A stretch of 64,000 bases of DNA from Amphiscolops sp. MND2022 (Eukaryota): contig OZ076409.1 of assembly GCA_964187785.1 (NCBI GenBank), positions 97,032,001 through 97,096,000 on the forward strand. Direction: 5' to 3'. Below, piece by piece: positions 13,198 to 25,224 of the stretch; within the stretch, counting starts at the first letter, position 1; every line of letters starts with the position of its first letter. Both the position numbers and the translations under genes were made by a program. The notes below the pieces were generated by a model. It saw only the letters and a program-made list of their open reading frames with translations, was not told the DNA's origin and did no database searches.

Positions 13198-13911
13198 GAT
13201 CATGAAAGTTATTGACTCCGGATATGATATCATTGAATTTTTTCCCGATATCATTCACACCAGACATTCTGATCTGAAACGGGTAAAAAATACCAAACAA
13301 TTTGAACAGTCAGAAACTAGACCATGAACAACTGTAAAGAAGTGTCAGAAAAATAACAGGAAAAAACAGTGTTTCATTTAAAAAAGTTTTATTCATGTAT
13401 TTTTTCTTGTGTTTCATTCATGAATAAAACACACTAACAACCTTGTAACAAGCCGACAAGGGAAGAAATTGGGGCTCAAAACGCTAAAAAGAACTGTAAA
13501 ATCGTTTAGACATTGTTTTTGTAAAAAAACTCTCGAAAAATTGCAATTCCGAAAAAAAATACATCGGGTGGAACTTTTGAGATCAAAAGGGTTTTTCAGA
13601 CAAAAAATGTTGGAAAATAGGAAAACGGGATAACTTCAATGGGAACTATTTTAAAATCTAATAGTGACAAAATCAAAACGAAAGACATTTTAATAACTGA
13701 GTTTCAGATTGTAACAAAACATTTGAACTTACAACAAAAATTTACCTTTATGCCCTTTTTGATGAATTGACTAGCGGGAAACTTTTTTTAAAAAAAAGGA
13801 TTTATTTCACACTTTTCGGACACGTAATCTTCAAATTTGCTAAATTTTAACTGTGTCATTCGAAATTCGAAATGTATAGCAAAAATTTTGCTCATGCTTA
13901 ACTATCTTGTC

Positions 13912-14341
13912 GGTTCTTTTCTGTTTCCGACATAAACCCCCCCCCCCCCCCACCACCACCAAAATTTTTTTGATAAATTAGTGAAAATCTAATAACAAAA
14001 AGACTTGAATAGAAATCAGAAAGCTTCAAATTTACATTTATTTTTAGTGTGACAGGTTAGGATTCAGATACAAACTTTGTTCACATTTTTTCAATATGTA
14101 GTCACGCATTTTTGATGAAGAAATCAACAGCTTCCTGATTTGAGTGATCAATAAACACTTAATACGAACATAATTATAGTCAAAAAGCGTGAACAATGTT
14201 TTGTTCAAGCAAAAAACTCATCCAATAGACGTTATCTTCCCATTATGAAAGAAGGTTTTACTTTTAATTAGGGTAGTCTAAAGTTTTCAAAGAAATTTAA
14301 TTCCAAAAATTTTGGCGGTGGGGGGAAAACAGAAAAGATCC
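13912..14341. mobile_element. Merlin-like MITE, family M1
   Basis: Same TIRs and body as 884-1289; perfect 8-bp TSD ATCTTGTC (13904-13911, 14342-14349). Confidence 0.85.
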
Positions 14342-14685
14342 ATCTTGTCTGTAGTCGGATGAATTCTCATTTCTAGTTAAATTATTTCTGTAGAAAATCG
14401 TACTTCGACGGTTTATTAATTAATACTAATATTGCACGCCTGTGTTTTTCATAATGCCAGAACTTGATGATTTGCTCTATATTAATTGAGATTTTGTTTC
14501 ACTTTCCATGAATTTGGGTGTTTCAAGGCTGCTTTAGCACGTGATCTTAGTATGACGTCATACTATGGTGTGTGACATCGAACAAACGACAGACTTCTAA
14601 TAAAAAATGTGACAGCTTCTCTCTGATTCCTTTGTTTCTGAAAATGTCTAAGCAGTCATGTTGATTCATTATTTCATCAGGATTT

Positions 14686-15023
14686 AGAGGAAGTGTGGCG
14701 TAGTGGTCAGAGCATTCGGCCTGTACTGGAGCGGTATCAGGTTCGAATCTCTCTCAACTTACCTTTTTTGGTCCTTAAGCAAGTCCTTCATCACTAGCTG
14801 AATGACAAAAAAACACATTTGGCGGAGAAAAGTAAACCAAAAATAGAGCAACAGTGAGCAGTCAGATCGTTGTGACCTTGAGCAAGTAACTTTGAAACCA
14901 CAGCTTCAAGCCGACCATTGCTTTTACTGTAAATTTGATATCATAGCTTGCTTAGAAAAAGCAGAACTGCTTATTCGGCGTCTACCCCGCGGATTTGGGG
15001 AGATTAACTTTCTTATTCTTTTT
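14686..15023 (+). mobile_element. tRNA-derived SINE
   Basis: A box TGGCGTAGTGG (14696), B box GGTTCGAATC (14740), followed by CCTTRAGCAAG motifs typical of SINE conserved central domains, T-rich tail; 3' end approximate. Confidence 0.6.
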
Positions 15024-15381
15024 GCTGACGTAAGAAAGTAATCAATCAATGAAGTCAGCAAGTTCCCTTGTTAAAATTCACATGGTCGGGTGCATGCCCT
15101 TATCGGGTAATGTGCTAAGTTTAGGACATTAATTGATTCCCTGAGGCTTTTTTCACATATTTGTCAAATTTGTTAGAGCGTGCATGACCTTCCCACCCAA
15201 TGAAGGTTTTACTGAACTATCGATTTCTTTCAAAACAATGTATATTTCAACTTAATTAAGGGCTACATGCTCAGACAGCCGATTTGTGAATCACTGAATT
15301 TGTTTTTCAAACAATTTTTCAAATTGGATTGAAAAAAAAACTATTTTTTGATAATTTTTATCAGTAGTGAAAACGTTTTAC

Positions 15382-15600
15382 GGATCTTTTCTGTTAATTC
15401 CCCACCCCACCAATTTGATGTCCCCAGTTAAGCGGTCAAGTGAAATTATCATTGAATTAATAGTAACAACCAATCAAATTGCAGTATTTCATAAATCTAA
15501 CTGCAACTGAAACTCATCGCTGATAGTGATGGGGAATTAAAATTTGCTCGCTTACTGTGGGGGGCGCTTACATGCAATGGCGAATTAACAGAAAAAATCC
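15382..15600. mobile_element. Merlin-like MITE, family M2
   Basis: TIRs GGATCTTTTCTGTTAATTC / GAATTAACAGAAAAAATCC; perfect 8-bp TSD CGTTTTAC (15374-15381, 15601-15608). Confidence 0.85.
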
Positions 15601-15785
15601 CGTTTTACATTGAACTACTGGTTTCATAAAGACATTATCAATGAGTATTTTTCGAGAAAAAAAGCAGACTCATACTGTTATAAGTTTTTAAATCATTTTC
15701 TTGAGTTTCGTCGGCTTACCGCAAAAACTCAATTTTTATTCGTAGTTTCATGTTTTTAAGTTCAAAAAATCACGACGCTTGGTGT

Positions 15786-15850
15786 GCCACTCGGTCTAGT
15801 GGTTAGCGTGCGTGACTGGGGAGCATGAGTTCGTGGGTTTCAATGCCTCA
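15786..15850 (+). pseudogene. Degenerate tRNA-like/SINE head
   Basis: GGTCTAGTGGTTAGC A-box-like motif and degenerate B box GGGTTTCAATGCC; no complete cloverleaf. Confidence 0.4.
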
Positions 15851-16173
15851 AAGTGCTAAAAACATTTTTGTTTGCAAAGCTCGATGAGATTTTTTTGTTT
15901 TCTGGCACTGTGCATATTTTCTTCAAAGATTATCTTTTCACCACACAGCGCCCTATTTGTTTTTTTTCCGTTTTCACTTCGACACTGTTTGATTTTTTCT
16001 CGATAGATAACCTTTCCAGAATTACAATTTGGTCATTACAATTTGGATTGATTTAGAGGTTCTCTGTTAAGATCACCAACTTTTCGAGTTTCAAAAGTAA
16101 TGTTTCGTTCGGGTTTTGTTTGGCACTGTGCGATTGATGGCAGTTTTTGCATTATTTGTCCTTGGCCATATTT

Positions 16174-16677
16174 AACAAGACGGGAACGTCTAAAGTCGGC
16201 GCCATATCTGAGGCTCAAAAAGCGCAAAAAAAATTTTTTTGAAAAAAATTGAAATTTTTGAAAAAATTTTTTCTTTCAAAAAAAGTCGCATAGTGCCGAA
16301 AAATGTAAAAGGGGGATCCTTCTGGATTTATTAACATACATTCCGTTGCAAAATATCAAAAAACTCGAAGGGGGGACCCTTTGGGGACAAAAAAAAGTTT
16401 TCGAAAAAAAAAGTCGCACAGTGCCGAAAAAAACTCAAAGGGGGGACCCTATAGTCTCGTCCTGTTTTGTATCTTACGATAAAAATGGACTTACTGAAAG
16501 GGGGGACCCTTTGCACTATCTCAAATGCGCTGCCAGTATTTTAGTAGTACTGTATTTAGTAGTTGAACGTTAATTTTAACGTTCGTCGCTTCGAGTCTGT
16601 CTTAAATAAAAAAAAATAAAAAAAACGAGTGACTGTAATAGTCGGGCTCTTTTCTTAAGAAAAGCGCCAACTAAAAA
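16174..16677 (-). mobile_element. Helentron/DINE-like element, family A
   Basis: AGACG-GGAA-CGTCT stem-loop then AGTCGGCGCCATATCT; other end TAGTCGGGCTCTTTTCTTAAGAAAAGCGCCAACTAAAAA hairpin; inverted relative to 3-560. Confidence 0.6.
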
Positions 16678-17135
16678 CGTTTGCTGTTTTTGCATCTGCA
16701 AATAACTCACTTTTAGGCCAAACATTTCAATGGTAATGTTCGTTTTGAAATCATTTGGAAAAACAACGGTTTAGTCAAACTGCTTTTTCGTGGACCTGGG
16801 ATTGTTCCGAACTCTCTCATCCAAAATCTCGAAAATCTCATGTCTGAAAGAACAGAACGAAACACTAATTGAATCTGCTGGAAACTTTTTGAAGTTGTTT
16901 TCTTGCATTGTTGCTTTAAAAAACAGAAATATGTTTTTTATATGAAAATTTTACATAAAATTCTGAGACCATGCTTCCAAATTAAAAAACGCCTCTATAG
17001 TGGCCAGATTTGCTTTCATTTAAAAATGGCGGTAAAGTTGACCAGTAGGTTTCTACTGTAAGTTGAAACCTGCAAAATTTGATATATTCAAGCTGCCGTA
17101 GAGTTTAGGATACATTTTCAAAGCAGCCTGATTAA

Positions 17136-17604
17136 CCCTAAATGGACCAGCAAATTTCTGGTTTCATCAAAAAATCTTCTGCTTAAACTTTAAACTGCAA
17201 TATCTCCTAAACTATTCAAGTCCGACAAACGATTTATAGCGCGCTCCATAATTGAACTGCTGGGCCGCACTGGCTCCGGACTTTGCGCCAGAACTTTGCA
17301 CGCCTCGCGTTTCTGACTCCGTTGCAGCATGTTTCAAAACATGCTATGGCCACTTTGACCAATCTTGATACCAGTGGGATAAAGTGGCCATGAACCAAAA
17401 CTGAAAAAACGGAAAATCTGCGCCGATTGTTTTGATTTTTTGGTCCCGTCTCCTTAATTTTGGAGACAACATGTCAATATTCCGTGAAAAGGCGTGCAAT
17501 GCTATGTAATACCGTCTGAAAATATTATTCGAGAGTTTGTTACCATACGGTCAGCTGGTTCGCTCAGAAGTTTGCAGAAACTAACTGGTACGAACCATTT
17601 AGGG
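17136..17604. mobile_element. piggyBac-like MITE
   Basis: TTAA TSDs (17132-17135, 17605-17608), TIRs CCCTAAATGG / CCATTTAGGG plus imperfect subterminal ACCAG..TTTCTG inverted repeat. Confidence 0.8.
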
Positions 17605-18510
17605 TTAAAAGCAAATGAACCGGTAATTTTTTAAATGGGGTCCATCATTGTCCATCAGAGTTTCATGAAATCTTAAAGCATTTGCTTGGCATCACACAGA
17701 AACATGAAAAAAGTTAGAATACGGAAATATTTTTTTTTCTGCGCCACATTCAAACTCACAAAGTGCTAAAATTACTAAAGATGCCGCTGGACTGTTTGTA
17801 ATTAGAAATTTGTGGAATCTTTCACAAAGAAAAAAAATACATCATTTGATGAAATTAGTCTTGATGTAACAAAAAATCTGTTCAAGACAACACACTAAGA
17901 AAAAAATGAAAGATGACTGGTATGTTGAAAATACTTGGAAAAAAGTTGCAGTTAGAAAGCAATTAAGGAGGGACGCGCCGATCGATTTGGTCTTTGTAAA
18001 TCAGAGCTAAAAGAGAAATTAAAAATGGTTTCTCATCTAGACAAATGGCGCCTTCCTAAGAACCTAAACGAAAAAGTTGTTGAAAGTGAACCTTTCAAAT
18101 ACAGTCTCTGATTACGACAAAACTCGTGACTGTGTTAGTCGGACACTTTTTTAATGTCTAAATCGTCGACTAAAAACACCGAGAACAAATTTCGTGAACT
18201 TAAATCTTATCTTTAACTTTCAACTTTTCTGGTTCTGACAAAAATATTCAATTATGAAAGGACGCTCTTTGAACTTTTACCAAGTATAATCATCTTTCCG
18301 ATGGATTAAAAATTTTTTGTCGTCGTTTTTCAAAACTCTATGCTTTAGATTTTCCCTGATTATTTATACTTTATTCAGCTGCATGGAAGATCTACTCGAA
18401 GTTATGGCGGAAAATTCAAACCGTGAAGTTTGCAAAAGGGCTAATAAGTTTTCATTATAACGCAAAGCGACTCCAGGCACATAAAAGCTGCGAAATACCT
18501 TGGTTGAGAC

Positions 18511-21500
18511 TGTAATACGGTACATATACCGAACCGATCCTTTCGGTTGACACTGTCAATCACCAACTTTAGATCATTCTCATAGACACCTATTTATACA
18601 TATGTTTATATTTTTGTAAACATCATACTTTGTACTGAGATCGCATCATTTGGATACGATACGTAGTTAGAGAATAGATCGTACAATTGACAGTATTTAT
18701 GTTCAGAAAAGAAGCTTTCAAATAAACTGTATTGTTTTCTGATCATACCAAGAAATAGAACATGGCGCAGTCAGCAAATTGAAATTACCCAAGAATATTT
18801 CAACAAAACAAAGAAATGATGGAAGAAAGCAAGATTGAAGTACCGAATTTCGAAGCTACATCAGACGGAAAGAAGATATTCACAATGGCTCGAAAGATTT
18901 CGGCAATATGCAAAGAGGAAACACAAAATAGACATCACCGAATTGATACGAGGAGCTGAGATGACACAAACCGGTTGGTCCGGAAAAGAAACCGAAATCC
19001 AAGAAGATTTTATATGGGGAATCGGCCCCGAAGCTTTTTATCAAATGACACGAGCGGAGTATAAAACCGAACCAGACAAAATAGCGGTAAAAGACCTAAT
19101 CCGACTGTTCAATGAATACTTCTTACCGAAGCGGAACACCTACCATAACCGCGGAGAATTCTTCTGGTCGAATCAGACCGAATCCGAAACACCGGAGGAT
19201 TTCTGGCGGAGACTGATAGAGAAAGAGAAAGAATGTACATTCGAAGGAATAACAGCCGAAGATTTACTCATTTCAAAATTTATGACCGCAATTACGGATA
19301 CGAAACTCCGAGATAAATTAATGAAAGAGAAGAAACTTGAACTGAAGAAAACAATCGAAATGATCAAACAAAACACGTACGAAAGAAAAAATAGGAAAAA
19401 CACTATACCGGAAGCCCTGATATCAAACCGAGAAAAAGAAATAAAAGAAGAACCAATACAAAGAATGGAAAGATCGGACACAAGACCGAAAAACAAATTT
19501 ACAAACAAAAAATCTTGCAGATTTTGCAATGCACCGAACTGGAATCCAACCCACAAATGCCCGGCATTAGGGAAATTCTGCAATAATTGCGGAAGGAAAG
19601 GACACTTCGCACGCGTATGCAAACAAAGAGAGAATTACAAACGCAAAGTACGCAACGTGACCGAAGATGAATCCGAAGTAATTGGAGGAGAATCCGACGG
19701 ATCAGAAACAAGCATAAAGAGAATTGAAAGGATCAACAGAATTACCGACAGAAATGAATACTTGACAACAACAGTGAAAGTTAACGGAATTGAAAAAGAA
19801 TTCATAGTGGATACCGGATCACCGATTTCAATAATGCCCGCAGATGAAAACATAATGAAACAAACCGAGATACAGAAAATTAAACACCGATATCAAGACG
19901 TGAACAAAAACGAAGTGAAATTTCGAGGGAAAATACCGGCGGACGTTGAATATGAGAATAACAAACAGAAAATGTAAATATTGATAACCGAAAGAAACGA
20001 CATTACACCACTACTCGGAATGGATTGGATGAAAAAGTTCAAACTAACAATCGGTAACATCCGAACAGAAGAAAACAATCAATCAGAAAAGAAAAGAGTA
20101 ATTGAGGAATTTCCCGACCTTTTTAAAAACAACACCACGATAAAAGATACCGAGATAAACATTCAACTAAAATCGGGACACTATCCGGTGAAACAGAAAG
20201 CGAGACCGATCACACTACATCTACAAGAAGACGTCGGAAAAGAACTGGAAAGACTAATAAAAACCGGACATCTCGAAAAAGGAAAACATGTGGATGAAGA
20301 TTGTTTTGTTTCACCGGTAGTAATTACGGTAAAGAACGATAAATCAGTAAAAATTGCATTGGACTCAAGAAAATTAAATGACAGTTGTATAAAGATCCGA
20401 CCCCACATGCCGAACATGGAAGAACTGTTAAATCAAATTTCGGTAGAGATTACTGAAGACCGAACAAAAGAACTAATGATATCAAAGATCGACCTTGATT
20501 ATGCATATGGCCAAATGAAGTTATCAAAAGAAACAAGCCGACAATGTGTATTCGCAATAACCGGAGGGAAATTTAGCGGATACTACCGATTCAAGAAAGG
20601 ATTTTACGGTCTAGCAGATATACCAACGATATTTCAAGAGAAAATTGACCGAACTTTAGAAAACTCCACACCGGCATGACTAGATGACATAATAGTGGTG
20701 ACCCGAGGTGACCGGAAAGAACACGAGAAGCAATTGTTTGACGTATTAAAGAAACTGGAAGATGCAGGCTACCGAGCAAGTGAACGGAAATCCGAATTCT
20801 TTCTAAACAGTACAAAATGGTTGGGACACGAAATTGACGAAACGGGATTGAAACCGAACAAAGAAAAAGTAAAAGCGATCCTAGAATTGAAACACCCGGA
20901 AAACCAAAAATAACTAAAATCATTCCTCCGTGCGATACAATACCTGGCAAAATTCCTACCGAGGTTATCGGAAAAAACCGACAGACTTTGAAAACTCCTA
21001 AAAAAAGACTCGGTATGGAATTGGGGGAAACAACAAGAGGAAGACTTCAAAAACAAAAGAAATGTTAATCGAAGAACCTTGCCTGGCACACTACGCAAAA
21101 GACCGAGAGAATATTGTTACAACCGATGCAAGTAAAACCGGACTTGGCATAACTCTATGGCAAAAACAATCGGACGGAGAAATAAAACCGATAGCATTAG
21201 CAGCAGATACTTGAATGACAGCAAAAAAAACTACTCAACCGGAGAATTAGAATTACTCGCAGTTGTTTGGGGATTAGAAAAGTTCCGATTTTACTTATAC
21301 GGAAAGAAAGTCTTTTTATATACAGACCACCAAGCACTTGAGCCTTTGATTAAAAGAATCCGATGCAACAGACAATACAGCGCAAGTCTAACTAGATGGT
21401 TAGACCGGCTTGCTCACTTTGACATTGCTATTCAACACATTGCAGGAAGTAATCTGAAATTTACCGACTTCGTGAGCAGAAATCCGGTAGAGAACGCATC

Positions 21501-24408
21501 AAACGAAGAGGTATACGATGAGCAATACGTCATCATTATTCTCTCCGAACAAGCCGATTTAAACGCGAAATACGGTACGTTGTTCGCCGACCAGTCACAA
21601 ATCGCACCGAAAAGAAATAAAACAACCGAAGAGTATTCAAATAACCAATCACATCAAAATAGAATATTCGAGAATAACCGAGACGTGAACAAAATTCACA
21701 AACAAACGAACAACGCACCGAACAAACGCCATTGAAAAGTTAAAACGGAAAATTCAATCCGAAATCTAAATTCCAATTCAAATCAAAATTCAAATTTGTC
21801 AAATAATTTATCTCTATTTAAGAGCGAAATGGACAGAGATTACTTCCATTGGGGCGCGACGACCGAAATTATGGAAATAATCCGAAGACGAAGAAAGAGC
21901 TCGGAAACACTTAGACTCGTGGAAAGACGGTTGGAGATCTCCCGACCCGGAACATTGCGCCGAAAAATTGATTTGAACGCGCAAAGACAGATATGGGTCC
22001 CTTCAAGACCGAATAAAAGAAGCCGCCAAGAAATCGCCGAGATAGACGGCGAACTGCTGACAAGAGCAAAAAGATTCGGCGGGGGCTACCAACCCCTAGA
22101 GGAAAGGAGAGAAGAACAAGAAGCGCCACAGGCGGAGATGGCCGAAGAAACCGAACAAGAAAGTGAAGGCGAAAGCCAAATAATCCGGGATGACAGCTTT
22201 CCCATCGTAGACCTAAAGGCTTACAATACCGAAGGGAAAGAAGCCCAGTTCATTCAAATTAACCAAGTCATTGAAAAAGTAACCGGAAACCAAAAGAACA
22301 CCGAAGAAACGATTAAAAAGGCCGAATTAAATTTCATGCTCGTCCTGAAGACGCTGATTGCAAAATCATCAACGGACTCCGAACTAAATCGAGTGCGCGA
22401 CGCAATGAGACGAGATGATAAGGACACGGCCCCGGAACATTACCGAACAAATTTCGACAAGCTAAACAATAAATGGGGATTGACATTCAACGATGACCGA
22501 ATCGTTGTACCTACAGAACTGAGGAAGAAGCTGTTAGACACCTTACATTTCGGGCATGCCGGAGCTACCAAAATGACAGCTGAAGCCAAAATTTTTTGGT
22601 GGCCAAATATGCAGATGGAAATAGAAGACAAAACAAAAAACTGTGTGGCCTGCATGTCATCGGGTAAGAATTCGAAATATCAATTACCGAAACACGAATT
22701 CGGGAATCTGAGAACACTAACGGAACCGGGACAAGAAATTCAAATTGATTTTTCCGGAAAATTAAACAACAAAAAACTAAACGGCGACCACCAAATTCTA
22801 ATCGCAATAGACAGATTCAGTAAATGGCCGACGGCGAAAATCTGCAAGTCCTCGGAATCCAAAGAGGTAATAAATTTTCTGAAACAAAACTTTAGTTTGT
22901 ACGGACTACCGGAGAAAATAAACACGGACAAAGGTGGAGCGTTCGTTTCAAATGAATACAAAGAATTTTGCAAATCGAAAAATATTTAAATTGAATACAG
23001 CACGCCGAGACTACACACCGGTACGGGAGCGATAGAACGCGCGATCCAAACATTGAAAAATCTTATAATCGCGAACTTGGAGGACGAAACGTGCCTAACC
23101 GAATGTGTAAATAAAGCATTAAACGTAAAGCGATTTACAATACATACGGGATTAAAAATAACACCATTTGAATTACAGCACGGTCGGAAACCACGAACCG
23201 AACTAACAAATATAATAAAAGACGGAAAAACTTTCCTTTCTAAATGGTCGGAATTAACTGTTTCAGCAAACAACCGACCAAAGATACCAACCTACGTAAC
23301 CAGAAATGGTGAGGGAGAGGTATCAAATCATCTGATCATGGCCCGAACAAAAACGGAAGAAAAAGCAATGACCGAAAAATCGCCAAAGAAGAAAAACTCG
23401 GTTGGTAAATACCCTTGTCAATTCTTCGAAAAAATCCATAATAGGAAACCACTTGAAGGTAGATTTCAAAGAAAATTACAAACGGCAGTAAGCGGTACGG
23501 AACACACCGTAACCACCGATACCGGAAAAGTAATCCACCGAAAATTTATTTCGGAAGTAATTATATTTCAGAGAGATAAGAGGACAGCACCGAAAATCGG
23601 AGACACCATCACTCCGAAAAACCGACACTGCCTGAGGGGAGTTGACGGAAAATACATCCAGTGGAACGAGATACTGAGAGATGTATTAAACGGAAAACTA
23701 AAAATCGTACAAAATCAGCGGAACGAATCCGAATCTAAAAGTGAGGAGGGCGAAATAGAGGATGAAGAAAGTGACTTTGAAAACCACGACACTTCAGAAA
23801 AGGACGGTAAATACAAACCCGTCACAACATCCCCAGAAGACGAACTAAACCTTCTTACGGACGGTGAGATAAATCCCGGTGAGAATCAAACAAATAATAA
23901 AACTACCGAAAACAAAAAAATAAGACGGTCCAACCGCGAAAGTAAACAACCGAACAGATACGGGGGGGTTACCTATACAAAAAACTTTTGGGTATAATGT
24001 TGAAGAAGTAAAATATTTACAGGTTTCACCGAGAAATGGAACAGCCGAAAAGACCCGCCAAAACCATTAACGAAACCAGCCGACTTCAATCGAGAAAAGA
24101 CCCCAACACCGGGAACCTCGAAGCAGTGACCGAAAGGAATTTAGAAGGGAGGAAATGTAATTTGGTACATATACCGAACCGATCCTTTCGGTTGACACTG
24201 TCAATCACCAAACTTTAGATCATTCTCATAGACACCTATTTATACATATGTTTATATATTTCTAAACATCATACTTTGTACTGAGATCGCATCATTTGGA
24301 TACGATACGTAGTTAGAGAATAGATCGTACAATTGACAGTATTTATGTTCAGAAAAGAAGCTTTTAAATAAACTCCATTGTTTTCTTATCATACCAAGAA
24401 ATAGAACA
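18511..24408 (+). mobile_element. Full-length Ty3/Gypsy (Mag-like) LTR retrotransposon 1, mutated
   Basis: LTRs 18511-18762 and 24156-24408 (TG..CA, about 8 substitutions + 1 indel by eye); 5-bp TSD GAGAC; PBS TGGCGCAGTC (tRNA-Ser-like); PPT AGAAGGGAGGAAA. Confidence 0.95.
18762..23997 (+). pseudogene. gag-pol polyprotein of element 1, disrupted by stops/frameshifts
   Basis: Two Zn knuckles (CRFC..HKC, CNNCGRKGHFARVC), protease VDTGS, RT (DLDYAYGQM, YGL, *LDD), RNase H (ELELLAVVWGL, TDHQAL), integrase (LHFGHAG..CVAC, IDFSG, TDKGG); split over ORFs 18835, 19981, 20695, 21157, 21796, 23053. Confidence 0.92.
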
Positions 24409-25224
24409 GAGACTTCAGGTTGATTTTTTCACTTGCTGAATGCCTGCAAGCAGGGTAATTTTCTGTAAAACGTAGAAATTTCGACATAAGGATTAAGCTG
24501 TGGTTTCCACTATTGAAATCAAATTTGCAAATATTTCGCACTTCGCCATTAACACGATCACGTTGCATTCACGGTTTCACTTTCAGCTAGTCGTTTGATG
24601 TAGTCACTATTTCTCCAATGGTACGCTGAAGATGACGCTAGTTCGCAGTTTATAACGTTTAAGGATGAACTGACTTTGATTCATAATGGCGGTAAATTTG
24701 ATTAGGTCTCTGCAGTATTAAAGATGAGCTGATGCGTTCAAAATCCTGCAAAACTTCAAAGTGTGAATTCGCCGCCAAACTTGGGATGAATCTTTTGAGC
24801 AGCTTAATTAAAAATGAATGCAACAGGGAAATATTTTCAAGGAATCGTAATAAAAACTGATAGCAACATAAAAGAACATGCAAGCGGTTCAAACAATTTC
24901 AAAAAAAGTAACAACACCTTCTACTTGACTAACAGTGATTACATAAAATGAGAATCAGGCTCGTTGAATTGTCGTTTTCAAACAGGCTAATGGAATTTAA
25001 TATACATAGGAGTTCATTTTAAAATATTTCAGAAATGATGGCTGTATCCTAGGTTCTGTTCTTTTCTATACATTCGGCAATTTTTACCCAGCAATGTTCA
25101 CTATTTTTGAGAAAGTATGATGCACGGTTTCAGTAAATAATTTTTGTTTTTTATTCTTTTTCTTCAGACCACAGAGCTCATACAATATATCCTACTTTTT
25201 GCAAACTCTACGCCTAAAACTCAC

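Noticed and set aside
14686..14756. Functional tRNA gene (also 15786-15850 and 42005-42078)
   Set aside because: A/B boxes present but no convincing cloverleaf; followed by SINE-like bodies
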